This document shows positions 50,334 through 64,000 of a stretch of DNA of 64,000 nucleotides, piece after piece (position 1 is the stretch's first letter; each line of letters begins with the position of its first letter). The translations under genes and the position numbers were made by a program. Under the pieces are notes generated by a model. The model was not told the DNA's origin. It searched no databases and saw only the letters and a list, made by a program, of their open reading frames with translations. Origin of the DNA: the human T2T-CHM13v2.0 reference genome, Homo sapiens; the NCBI RefSeq assembly GCF_009914755.1, contig NC_060936.1. One strand, 5' to 3'.

Positions 50334-53300
50334 TGCAGGAATTTCAGCAACTACAAATGCAAAATAACTGAAATCATAACAGTCTCTCAAGACCACAGCA
50401 CAATCAAATTAAACCCAAGATTAAGAAATTCACTCTAAGCCAGGGTTTTATGAATAGAACTCTGATCTTCTTGGGATGGAGCCCCTTGCAGGAGGGGAAG
50501 CCATGGTCTCTCTTGTTCAGTTGACTTAGCCTTTCCTGCCTGCTGGCTCTGGAGGGTCTGGGTGGTCTGGATGAGGGTGGTTCCCCAAATCACAGTGCAC
50601 CTGCTCCGTCAAGCGGCAGCCAGACTGCTTTTTTAAGCGGGTCCCTGATACCGTTCCTCCTGACTGGGTGTGACCTCCCAACAGGGGTCTCCAGGTCTCC
50701 AGATCGGCATCAGGTCAGTGCCCCTCTGGGACAGAGCTCCCAGAGGAAGGAGAAGGCTCCCATCTTTGCTGTTTTGTAGCCTTTGCTGTCACAGGAGGGA
50801 TCCAGGCTTGGGGTCTGGAGTAGACCCCCAGCAAACCACAACGGCACTACAGAAGGGGGCCTGACTGTTAAAAGAAAAACAAATAAGCAGAAAGCAACAA
50901 CGGTAACATCATTAACGAAAAGACCCCACAAAAACTCCATTCACAGATCAGCAACCTCAAAGATTGAGGGTAGATAAGTTCACAAAGATGAGAAAGAATC
51001 AACTTAAAACTGCTGAAAACTCAAAAAGCCAGAGTGCTTCTTCTCTTCCAAATAACTGCGACACTTCTTCAGCAAGGGCACAGAACTGGGCTGAAGCTGA
51101 GATGACTGAATTGGCAGAAGTAGGCTTCAAAAGGTGGGTAATAATGAACTTCACTGAACTAAAGGAGCATGTTCTAACCCAATTCAAATAAGCTAAGAAT
51201 CATAATAAAACATTACAGGAGCTGATGACCAGAATAGCCAGTTTAGTGACAAACATAAATGACCTTATGGAGCTGAAAAACACAACATGATAACTTCACA
51301 ACGCAATCACAAGTGTCCATAGCCAAATAGACTAAGTGGAACAAAGAATCTCAGAGTTGAAGACTATCTTTCTAAAATAAGACAGGCAGACAAGAATAGA
51401 GAAAAGAGAATAAAAAGGAATAAACAAAACCTCCAAAAATATGGGATTATGTAAAAAGACCAAATCTATGACTGATTGGGGTACCTGAAGGAGAAGGGGA
51501 GAACAGAACTAAGTTGGAAAATGTACTTCAGGATATAATCCAGGAGAACTTCCCTAGCCTAGCAAGACAGGCCAACATTCAAATTTAGGAAATCCAGAGA
51601 ACCTCAATAAGATACTACAGGAGAAGATCAACCCCAAGACACATAATCATTGGATTCTCCAAGGTCGAAATGAAAGAAAAAAATGTTAAGCATAGCCAGA
51701 AAGAAAAGCCAGGACGCCTACAAAGGGAAGTCCATCAGACCAACAGCAGACCTCTCAGCAGAAACTCTACAAGCCAGAAGAGTTTGGGGGCCAATATTCA
51801 ACATTCTTAAAGAAAATAATTTCCAACCCAGAATTTCATATCTGGCCAAACTAAACTTCATAAGCAAAGGAGAAATAAGATCCTTTTCAGACATATAAAT
51901 GCTGAGGGAATTCATCACTATCAGGCCTACCTTGCAAGAGCTCTTAAAAGAAGAGCTAAATATGGAAAGGAAAAACCATTACCAGCTGCTACAAAAACAC
52001 ACTGAAATGCACAGACCAGTGACACTATGAAGCAACCACATAAACAAGTTTGCAAAATAACCAACTAGCATCATGATGACATGATCAAATTAACACATAT
52101 CAACACTAAACTTAAATGTAAACAGGATAAATGCCCCAGTTAAAAGACACAGAATGGCAAACTGGATAAAGAGAGAGCCAAGACCTATTGGTATGCTGTC
52201 TTCAAGAGACCTATCTCACATGCAGTGACACACATAGGCTCAAAATAAAGTGATGGAGTAAAATTTACCAAGCAATGAAAAACTGACAAAAGCAGAGCCT
52301 GCACTCCTAATTTCTGACAAAAGATACTTTAAACCAACAAAGATAGAAAAAAAATGTTAAATTCAACAAGAAGAGCTAAGTATCCTAAATATATATGCCC
52401 CTAATACAGGAGCACCCAGATTCATAAAGCAAGTTCTTAGAGACCTATGAAGAAACTTATACTCCCACACAGTGACAGTGCGATATTGTAACACCCCGCT
52501 GACAATATTAGACAGATCATCGAGACAGAAAATAAACAAAGATATTCAGGACTCGAACTCAGCTCTGGATCAAGTGGACCTGACAGATATCTACAGAACT
52601 CTCCACCCCAAAACGACAGAATATACATTCTTCTCATTGCCACATGACACTTACTCTAAAATTGATCACATAATTGGAAGTAAAACATTCCTCAGCAAAT
52701 GCAAAATAACTGAAATCATAACAGTCTCTCAGACCACAGCACAATCAAATTAAACTCAAGATTAAGAAATTCACTCTAAACCACACTACTACTTGGAAAT
52801 TGAACAGCCTGCCCCTGAGTGAACCTTGGGTGAATAATAAAATTAAGGCAGAAATCAAGAAGTTCTTTGAAACTAATGAGAACAAAGAGACCAACAACCA
52901 GTTCTGAAATTGAGACAGTAATAAATAGGCTACCAACCAAAAAAATCCCAGGACCACATGGATTTACAGCTGAATTCTAACAGAGGTACAAAGATGAGCT
53001 GGTACTATTTCTTCTGAAACTATTCCAAACAATTGAAAAGGTGGGACTTCTCCCTAACTCATTTTATGAGGCTAGTATCATCCTGATACCAAAACCTGGG
53101 AGAGATATACAACAGCAAGTAAAAACTTCAGGCTAATATTCTTGATAAACATGGATGCAAAAATCCTCAATAAAATACTGGCAAACTGAATCCAGCAGCA
53201 CTTTAAAAAGTTTATCCACCACGATCAAGTTGGCTTCATCCCTGGGATGCAAGGTTGGTTCAACATACACAAAACAATAAATGTGATTCATTATATAAAC

Positions 53301-55572
53301 AGAACTAAAGACAAAAACCACATAATTACCTCAATAGATGCAGAAATGGCCTTCAATAATATTCAACATCCCTTCATTTAAAAACTCTCAATAATCTCGG
53401 TATTGAAGGAACATACCTCAAAATAGTGAAAGCCACATAGGACAAACCCATAGCCAATATCATACCGAATGGGCAAAAGCTGGAAGCATTCACCTTGAAA
53501 ACTAGCACAAGACAAGGATGCCCTCTCATCACTCCTATTTAACATAGTATATTGGAAGTTCTGACCAGGGCAATCAGGCAAGAGAAAAAAATAAAGGGTA
53601 TTCAAATCAGAAGAGAAGAAGTCAAATTGTCTTTGCAGATGACATGATCCTATATCTAGAAAACCGCATCATCTCAGCCCAAAAGCTTCTTAAGCTAATA
53701 AGCAACTTCAGCAAAGTCTCCACATACAAAATCACTGTGCAGAAATCACTAACATTCTTATACACCAACAATAGGCAAGCAGAGAGCCAAATAATCAAAG
53801 AACTCCCATTCACAATTGCTACAAAGAGAATAAAATACCTAGGAATATAGCTAATAAAGGAAGTGAAGGACCTCTTCATGGAGAACTACAAACCACTGCT
53901 CAAACAAATCAGAGAGGACACAAACAAATGGAAACACATTCCATGCTCATGGATAGAAAAAATCAATATCATGAAAATGACCATACTGCCCAAAGTAATT
54001 TATAGATTCAATACCATGCCCATTAAACTACCATTGACATTCTTTGCAGAATTAGAAAAAAACTACTTTAAAATTCATATGGAATAAAAAAAGAGCCTGT
54101 ATAGCCAAACCAATCCTAAGCTAAAAGAACAAAGCTGGAGGTATCATGCTACCCAACTTCAAACTATACTACAAGGCTACAGTAACCAAAACAGCACGGT
54201 ACTGGTACAAAAGCAGACATATAGACCAAAGGAACAGATTAGAGAACTCAGAAATAAGACCACACACCCATAACCATCTGATCATCAAGAAACCTGACAA
54301 AAACAAGCAATGGGAAAAGGATTCCCAATTTAATACATGGCACTGGGAGAACTGGCTAATCGTATGCAGAAAATTAAAACTGGACCCCTTCCTTACACCT
54401 TATATAAAATAAAATAAAATAAAATAAAATAAAATAAAATAAAATAAAATAAAATAAAATAAAATGGATTAAAGACTTAAATGTAAATCCCAAAATTATA
54501 AAAACCCTAGAAGAAAATCTAGACAATACCATTCAGGACATAGGCACAGGCAAAGATTTCATGACGAAAATGCCAAAGGAAAATGGCAACAAAAGAAACT
54601 TTGATAAATGGGATATAATTAAACTAAAGAGCTTATGCACAGCAAAAGAAACTATCATCAGAGTGAACAGACAACATACAGAATGGCAGGAAATTTTCAC
54701 AATCTATCCATCTGATAAAGGTCTGATATCCAAAGTCTACAAAGAACTTCACTTCTCAAAAAAAGATATTCATGCAGCCAGCAAACATGAGAAAAAGCTC
54801 GTCATCACTGATCATTAGAGAAATACAAATTGAAATCATAATGAGATATCATCTGATGCCAGTCAGGATGGCAATTACGAAAAAGTCAAGCAACAACAGA
54901 TGCCGGTGAGGTTGCAGAGAAAAAGGAATGCTTTTACATGGTTGGTGGGAATGTAAATTAGTTCAACCATTATGAAAGACAGTGTGGCGATTCCTCAAAG
55001 ATATAGAAGCAGAAATACCATTTGACCCAGCAATCCCATTACTGGATATATACCCAAAGGAATGTAAATTATTCTATTATAAAGATATATGCACGCTTAT
55101 GTCCACTGCAGCACTATTCACAATAGCAAATACATGGGATCAACCCAAATGCCCATTAATGATAGACTGGATAAAGAAAATGTGATATATATACACACAG
55201 AATACTATGCAGCCATAAAAAGGAATGAGATCATGTCCTTTGCAGGTACATGGATAGACCTGGAAGGCTTTATCCTCAGCAAACTAACACAGAAACAGAA
55301 AACCAAACACTGCATGTTGTCACTTATAAGTGGGAGCTGAACGATGAGGACACATGGACACATTGGAAACAACAACATACACTGGGGCCTGTCATGGGTG
55401 AGGTGATGGGAGGGAGACCATCAGGAAGAATAGCTAATGGAGACTGGGCTTAATACCTAGATGATAGGTTGATCTGTGCAGCAAACCATGGCACACATTT
55501 ACCTATGTAACAAACCTGCACATCCTGCACATGTACCCTGGAACTTAAAATAAAATTTGAAGAAAAAAAAAA
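50334..55572 (+). mobile_element. Nested primate L1PA (mid-age; partial 5'UTR, ORF1, ORF2, 3'UTR; inactive)
   Basis: ORF-track fragments [80 protein letters not shown]; 3' end cctgcacatgtaccctggaacttaaaataaaa plus poly-A; many stops and frameshifts. Confidence 0.93.
54405..54464. repeat. (AAAAT)n microsatellite inside L1PA ORF2
   Basis: About 11-12 perfect units. Confidence 0.95.
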
Positions 55573-58500
55573 CACGACGAATTTTGTAAACTATGCAGAC
55601 ACATGGAAATGAAACAACCTGCTTCTGAGTGACCTGTGGGCCAATGAAGAAATTAATAAGAAAATTAAAAAATTTCGTGAAACAAATGATAATGGAAACA
55701 CAACACACTAAAGCCAATGAGATACAGCAAAAGCAGCACTAAGCAGGAAATTTTTAGCTATAAGTGCCTACATCAAAAAAGAACAAAGACTTCAAATAAA
55801 TAACCTAACAATGCATCTTAAAGAATCAGAAAAGCAAGAGCAAACTGAACCCAAGATTAGTGGTAGAAAATAAATAATAAAGATCAGAGCAAAAACAAAT
55901 GAATTTGAAATGAAGAAAACAATGCAAAGATCAATGAAACAAAATGTTTTTAAAAAGGTGAGCAAAATGGACAAAGCTTTAGCAAGACTAATAACAAAAA
56001 TAAAAAAAGGAGAAGACCCAACTAAATAAAGTCAGAGATGAAAAAGGAGACATTATAACTGATATCACAGAAATTCAAAGGATCATTAGTGGCTCCTATG
56101 AGCAACTATATGCCAATAAATTAGAAAAGCTAGAGGAAATGGGTAAATTCCTAGACTCATACAATGTACTAACATTGAACTATGATGAAATTCAAAACCT
56201 GAACAGACCAATAATAAGTAACATGATTGAAGTCGTAATAAAAAGTCTCCAAGTAAGGCAAAACCTGGGACCCAAAGGCTTCACTGCTGAATTCTACCAA
56301 ACATTTAAAGAACTAATATAAATCCTGCTAAAACTATTCTGAAAAATAGAGGAGGAGGGAATGATTCCAAACTCATTCTATGAGGCCAGTATTACCATGA
56401 TAACAAAACCAGACAAAGACACACACACACACACAAAGAAAAGAAAAGAAAAAGAAAAAGAAAAAGAAAACTATGGGCCAAAAACCTCTAACGAACATTG
56501 ATGCAAAAATCCTTAATAAAATACTAGCAAAGTGAAGTCAAAAATATATTAAAAAGATGATTCATCACAACCAAGTTGGATCACAACCCAGGGATTAAAA
56601 GATGGTGCAAGCTATGCAAATCTGTGAGTGAAACACATCATGTCAGTAGAATAAAGGACAAAAACCATATGATCATTTCTATTGATGCTGAAAAAGCATT
56701 TGAAAAAATTTAACATCCCTTCATGATAAAAATCCTCAAAAAACTAGGGTATAGAAGAAATATACCTCAACATAATAAAAGCCATATACAACAGAGCTGC
56801 TGCTAGTATCATACTGAATGAGGAAAAACTAAAAGCCATTCCTCTAAGATCTGGTACACAACAAGGATGCTCACTGTCACCACTGTTATGCAACACAGTA
56901 CTGGAAGTCCTAGCTAGAGCAATCCCACAAGGGAAAGATAAAAGCGTATCCAAATTGGAAAGGAAGAAGTCAAATTATCCTTGCTTGCAGAAGACATGAT
57001 CTTATATTTGGAAAAACCTGAAGACTCCACAAAAAACAATTAGAGCTGATTAAAAAAATTCAGTAAAGTTGCAGGCTTCAAAATAAATAATACAAAATCA
57101 GTAGCATTTCTATATGCCAACAGTGAACAATCTGAAAGAGAAATTAAAGAAGTAATCCCTTTTACAAGAGCCACAAATAAAATCAAATACTTAGAAATTA
57201 ATGAAAGAAGTAAAAGATCTCTACAATGAAAACTGTAAAACACTGATGAAAGAAATTGAAGAGGACACAAACAAATAGAAAATAAACTACATGTTTATAA
57301 ACTAGAAGGATCAATATTGTTAAAATATCCATACTACCCAGAGCAATCTACATATTCAATGCTATCTGTATCAAAATACCAATGACAGTCTTCACAGAAA
57401 TAGAGAAAAGTATCCTAAAATTTATACTGAACCACAAAAGACCTAGAATACCCAATTCTATCCTGAGCAAAAAGAACAAAACTGGAAGAATCCCATTATC
57501 TGACTTCAAATTATACTACAGAGCTAAAGTAACCCAAACACCATGGCACTGACAAAAAAACACACATATAGACCAATGGAACAGAATAGAGAACCCAGAA
57601 ACAAATCCACATGCCTACAGTGAACTCATTTTTGACAAAGGTGCCTAGAAACATACATTGGGGAAAAGACAGTCTCTTCAACAAATGGTGCTGGGAAAAC
57701 TGAATATCAACATGCAGAAGAAAAAAACTAGACAGCTATTTCTTGCCATATACAAAAGTCAAATCAAAATGGATTAACAACTTAAATCTAAGACTTCAAA
57801 CTATGACACTACCACAAGAAAACATTGGGGAAACTCTCCAGGACATTGCTCTGGGCAAATATGTCTCGAGTAATATCCCACAAGCACAGGCAACCTAAGC
57901 AAAATGGACAAATGGGATCACAACAAGTGAAAAATCTTTTTCATAGCAAAGAAAAAAAATCAACAAAGTGAAGAGACAACTCACATAATAGGATAAAATA
58001 TTTGCAAACTATCCATCTGACAAGGGATTAATCACCAGAATATACATGGAGCTCAAACAAGTCTATAGGAAAAAACAATCTAGTAATCCTATTAAAAAAT
58101 GGCCAAAATATTTGAATAGTCATTTCTCAAAAGAAGACATACAAATGTCTAACAGGCATACGAAAAGATGCTCAACATCAGTGGTCATCAGAGAAATGCA
58201 AATCAAAACTACAATGAGATATCATCTGACCCGAGTTAAAATGGTTTTTATCCAAAGGACAGGCAATAACAAATGCTGGAGAGAATGTGGAGGAAAGGGA
58301 ACCCTGGTACACTGTTGATGGGAATGTAAATTAGTACAAGCACCATAAAAACAGCTGGAGGTTTCTCAAAAAACTAAAAATAGAGCTACTATATGATCCA
58401 GCAATCCCACTGCTTGGGTATATACCCAAAAGAAAGGAAATCTGTATATTGAAGAGATATCTGCACTCCTATGTTTGCTGCAGCACTGTTCATAATAGCC

Positions 58501-59288
58501 AAGATTTGCAAGCAACATAAGTGTCCATTGAGAGATAAATGGATAAAAGGAATGTGGTACATATATACAATGGAGTTCCATTCAGCCATAAAAAAGAACG
58601 AGATCCTGTCATTTGCAATGCATTAGATGGAACTGGAGGTCATTATGTTCAATGAAATAAACCAGGCACAGAAATACAAACATCACATGTTCTCACTTAT
58701 TTGTGGTATTTAAAAATCAAAATAACTGAACTCATGGAGAGAGAGAGAGTAGAAGGATGGTTACCAGAGGCTAGGAAGGGTAGTGGGGGGGTCAGCGTGG
58801 GGAAAGTAGGGATGGTTAATGGGTACAAAAAAATAGAATGACTAAGACCTAGTATTTGATGGCACAGCAGGGTGACTATGGTCAGTAGTAATTTAATTGT
58901 ACACTTAAAAATAACTAAAAGAGTATAATTGGATTGTTTGTAACACAAAGGATAAAAGCTTGAGGGGATGGGTACCCTATTTTCCATGATGTAATTACTG
59001 TGCATTGCATGCCTTATCAAAATATCTCTTGTATCCCATAAGTATATATACCAACTATATACCCACAAAAATTAAAAATAAAAAAATGGTAATAACTGAC
59101 AAGCTGCTGGGATGGCTCCCATAGCCCTGGATTGCCTGCCTATCTCCCAACTGTTATGAGAGAGAAACTTCTGTCTTGCTTGATCCACTGTCTTTGGATG
59201 TCTCTTTGTCATAGCAGTGGAGCCTGCACATATATCACCTAAACTCACACAATGTCCTTCCTACTTTTTGAATGTTAAAGTATTTCTT

Positions 59289-59662
<374 letters not shown>

Positions 59663-60194
59663 TTAATGGTCTTATATCAGTATCCTCAATCATTTAAAAA
59701 TATTTTTATTTATGAAATTAAAAATTTGAGACCTCCTGATTTTGATGGTATATGGGCCAAATAGGTGACATGAACATTTTAAAACTCAAGAATCTTGCTT
59801 GCCCAGAGGGGATATTCTGGTAACAGCAAAATTCTTGCACAACTTATCACCTCTGTTTGGGTACCTCTAATAAGTGCTGCTACTTTCAGGGTTTTTTTTT
59901 TTTTTTTTTGGTCAGAAAATGAATGGAAGCTGACCAGTGAAGGAGAGCCTATGCTAGATTCATGAAAGACCCTAAGAAATGTTTTCAGCTGTGCAGAAAT
60001 AAATTGATAAGCAGGAAGAGATCTATGGAGCCACTGGAACTAGGGATGTCAAATATGATCAATTAATAGTGGCTGCTTGGAAGTTTTTGAAAATACAGTG
60101 ACCCATTAGAAAGGTTTGCTTTGGGTGTGGAAGGTGTCATGTTTACTTAAATTAAGAGAGGGCTTAAAATGAATCAGAAAATACATTTTCCTTA

Positions 60195-60296
<102 letters not shown>

Positions 60297-60737
60297 TTAT
60301 ATCCATTATTCACCCCTTACTGTACATTTCCCCTGTTTTATAATAACTTAATGCAAGTAATGTTTGTATGCAAAACAAAGATGGTCAGCAAATGAATTAG
60401 GAAGTATGCACATTATGTCTTTACAAATGTTTGTGCTAAAATATTTACAAACATAAAAACTAAAGCAATGCCACTTTAAATTTGTAATTAGAGAAAGCAA
60501 TTGGATAAGTACCCATTTAATTTAAATCTATTTTAATAAGCAATTCTCAAGAGAGGACCTGAAGGGTGGGTATCTCAGTTGGAGAGTATTAAAATCAATT
60601 GGGGGCTCCCCTTAGTTACCCCTTCTTTTATTCCTTTCCAGTGAGGAGACACCACTGTTGATGGGAATATGCCATATATCACTTCAGTGTAGAGTGGGAA
60701 AGTGGATAAGAATTACTGATTTAAAGTTCTTTTTTTT

Positions 60738-61040
60738 GGCCAGGCACAGTGGCTCATGCCTGTAATCCTAGCACTTTGAGAGGCTGAGGTGGGAGGATCA
60801 CCTGGGGTCAGAAGTTCGACATCAGCTTGACCAACATGGTGAAACCCCACCTCTACGAAAAACACAAAAATTAGAAAGGCATGGTGGCACATGCCTGTAG
60901 TTCCAGCTACTTGGGAGACTGAGGCAGGAGAATTGCTTTTACCCAGGAGGCAGAGGTTGCAGTGATCCAAGGATCACACCACTGCACTCTAGCCTGGGCA
61001 ACAGAGCAAAACTCCGTCTTGATCAATCAATCAATAAAGT
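60738..61040 (+). mobile_element. AluS element
   Basis: Alu dimer; flanking repeat taaagttcttttttt. Confidence 0.92.
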
Positions 61041-62589
61041 TCTTTTTTTTTTCCTCACAAGGAAATCTTTTGCTAGATGGACTCTAAATCTTTAAATTCT
61101 GCTCACAAATTCATACTTAGAAAGCTCTTGGAATGTGACTTTTTTTTTTTTTTTAGTAAATATTTTGTTGCTAGTTAACTAAATTTTTATATATGCTCAT
61201 ATTCTAAACATGTACATGTAATTTTATTGAGTTTTTAGATAAAACTATTATACTGCACAGTGGTCAGTTTTGGGTTTTTATCAATTTTCTCAGGAATATT
61301 TCCATTTATGAGAGTAAAAAACAATTATAAATGAGCCTACTTAGAATTAACCCTAGAAACTAATTATAGTCCATATAAATACAAAAAAAAATCTTGAATT
61401 AGAGGTTTGCACTTAATTTAGGAATTGGATCCTTAAAATTAGCCATACCAACATTTGTGAAAAACAATTTGCCTCCAAGAGGAGATATTTTGCCAACCTG
61501 AAGGCTGGAGTGGTTTCCTTTTAGAGATCATTAACAGGCCCCTAAAGTAAGATTTTATTATAAACAGTCTGATCACTCCATAATAATCATAGAGCCATAT
61601 CATATCCCATAATCCCATCTGAATCCCAGGAAAATGTTTATGCACAAGAACAGATGGCTTAATATCTTAACACAACATTTAAAGAAAAAGAAAACGCATA
61701 TACCGATACCTTACCCACTGTCTAAATTAGTCCATAGTAAATGCTAATGGGACTTCATTTAATCATTATTCTTAGCTTCCAGCAAAGAATGCAAAACATT
61801 CTCTTCACTACAATTAATTCATAATTTAAAACTTCATTCAATGATTTGATAGAATGCCTCTAGAGGCATATAAGCATCCAGGATTTCTAGTTACATCATA
61901 TTTCAAAACTGCAAATTGTTCTGGGCATAGGGCACAAAAACAAAAACTTTGTTATTACCAGCAAGTACAGCTTTTCTAGCATCTGCCAATGAATTGACAC
62001 AATATTTTTGCCAAGCTGTAGTAACCATCACATAGCACTCAATGTTTCCTTTGGCTTTTTTTAAAAAAAATCCATGTTCCACTGAAATGGTCTGTAAAAC
62101 CAAACAATAGTAGAGGCAACAAAATATATCAGACCTATCTCTGTCATCCTTGAAAGAGAGAAATATAGCACTATAAGGTCTTGGTCAAACCTACACAGCT
62201 TTGCAGAGGAGTTTGAAACTACTCATGGTCTACAGACATGTATGGTGGCCATTTTCACATTTACTAGATTCTTCTCTTTCTCCTTTAATGGACTCGATAG
62301 GGTGGATGCCCATTGGGATGATGGGGTCGAACCCAGAAGTGTGTCATCCAGATCTGTATGAGATCCTGCCCATCACCACCATGCATGTTAAATGAGGCTA
62401 TGCATGGTCCGGGGGCCCAGTCATGGTTTGTGTATCCTAGCCCCATGTTTTAATTTTCTACTACCTAAGAATAAATCACAAACCAAGCATGCTTTGCTTG
62501 GCTGGTAGTGCTTTAAAAATATTTAGTTGCCAACACTTACAAATTAGTAGATTTTATATAGATACATGGCTTCTTTTAAAAAAATAGAT

Positions 62590-62855
62590 GGGCAATATGG
62601 TGTCATGATTGAGAGACAGGACTTGGCAGCCAGAATGGTTGGGTCCAAAATCCTGGCTCTACCACTTATTAGCTATATGTGCTTGAGCACAAAGTACTCA
62701 GGTGCCTTAGTTTCCTCATCTGCAAAATGGTGTTCATGAATAACAGTGCTTACCATACAGTTTTTGTTGGGAGGATTATGTGAGCTATTACATGTAAAGA
62801 GATTGGATGAGTGCACACATAAGGAATTACATAAATGTTTATTGTTGCTATTATT
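62590..62855 (+). mobile_element. MIR element
   Basis: gggtccaaaatcctggctctaccacttattagctatatgtg...ccttagtttcctcatctgcaaaatgg (MIR core). Confidence 0.8.
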
Positions 62856-64000
62856 GTTTAACAACAGTGGACTGTTTCCCACTACCTCCTTTAGATGGAG
62901 CCTTTGATTTCCCATTTGCCTCTATCCTCATTGGGCTGATCTCACTCACTGAGTTGCCTCACCCATGAAAGCTTCCGAGTTTGTGACCCTTTGAATGAGA
63001 ATACACTAGCATTCACTGAGTGCTTGGAATTTGATTGGAGTTCTCCACAGAACCATTCGTTTATTTAGTACATAGTTTTTGAACACCAACTGTGAGACAA
63101 GCGCCTCTGCTCTGGGCACTGGCTATGAAACTCCAGGGAAGTTGAATAAAAAGGAGAGACAGGGCTGGTTAAATCTCCTGAAGTTATTAGGCATGAAATA
63201 GTTTTCTCTCTTCTGTCAAGTGATTCCAAGTGGGAAATCCATACAAACACATCATATGGGGATGGGGAAGGATACTGAATACTTCCAAGAGTGTGGTTAA
63301 GAAGAAAAGGGCAATAAAAGCTTATTAAGTTCTGAAACAGAAAGAAAAAACAATACAACTCTTTGAAATTTCAAACTCCTTGAAATTTCAGCTGAACTGG
63401 TCGAACACACAACTGAAAGCCTGACAAAAAAGAGCAATGATGCTAAATCCTGTGTTATATGATATATATTAGTACTGCCTCTTTCCCATTCATATTTTAT
63501 GAAATGATTTTAATTCAAACTCGTCACTTGTATCTCCAATGCAAGTGTTTTTGTTGTTACTAGATTTGCATTATTTGAGTCATTTACAAGCTTGTTCAGA
63601 ATTCATCGTCGTCATGTGTGTCTACAGCTCTTCTGCAATCCAGCAAGGCGATGTCATTGGAAATTTTATCCCGGATCACAAGAATCCATTTTAATAACAC
63701 TGCAATATTAAGATTTTTCATGCTGCCTATAGATATACATTCTTGGTACTCACAAGGAAACAACTTACTATATTACTTTATAAAATGTATTTTCTTTGTA
63801 CCAAAAATATACACGCATACAATTTAAAGAGTCAAGAATTCTGAAAGAGCCGTCCTCAATTTCTTGCTTCCCCAGATGCTTTCAATTCTTTTGGCTGTTT
63901 CCATATTGCTAAATAATATATGACTATTACTACCAAATTATTTTCTGGTGTTAGTCATTTTCTATTTACTTTCTATTATGAAAGATGAAGAGTTAGTTTC

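Noticed and set aside
50964-58318. L1 ORF1/ORF2 peptides suggesting an active retrotransposon or domesticated gene
   Set aside because: Both L1s are fragmented by stops, frameshifts, deletions and a microsatellite.

Overview
Human genomic DNA (an AluYa5 insertion is present) from the interior of GRIP1 (glutamate receptor-interacting protein 1), which runs on the minus strand. I assembled nine coding exons by hand (60265->11153, 1244 nt). All have AG/GT boundaries with consistent phases. They encode the C-terminal part of PDZ5, all of PDZ6, the PDZ6-PDZ7 linker (including a 45-nt in-frame cassette exon) and the start of PDZ7. The gene start, the last exons and the stop codon lie outside the window. 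The rest is intronic: about 28 Alus, a 12.3-kb compound L1 (an old full-length L1MA-like element with a younger L1PA and three Alus nested in it, itself inserted in an MLT1-like LTR), an ERV1-type solo LTR, old MIR/L2/CR1/MER5 fragments and microsatellites. Nearly all ORF-track entries are spurious. I see no evidence for a wholly new biological system. The best leads are a candidate unannotated 54-nt in-frame exon next to the 45-nt cassette, a candidate poison exon, a 480-nt stop-free three-exon block bracketed by inverted Alus, two local templated insertions, and an L1 insertion associated with a deletion. Repeat subfamily names are by eye and repeat coordinates are approximate.
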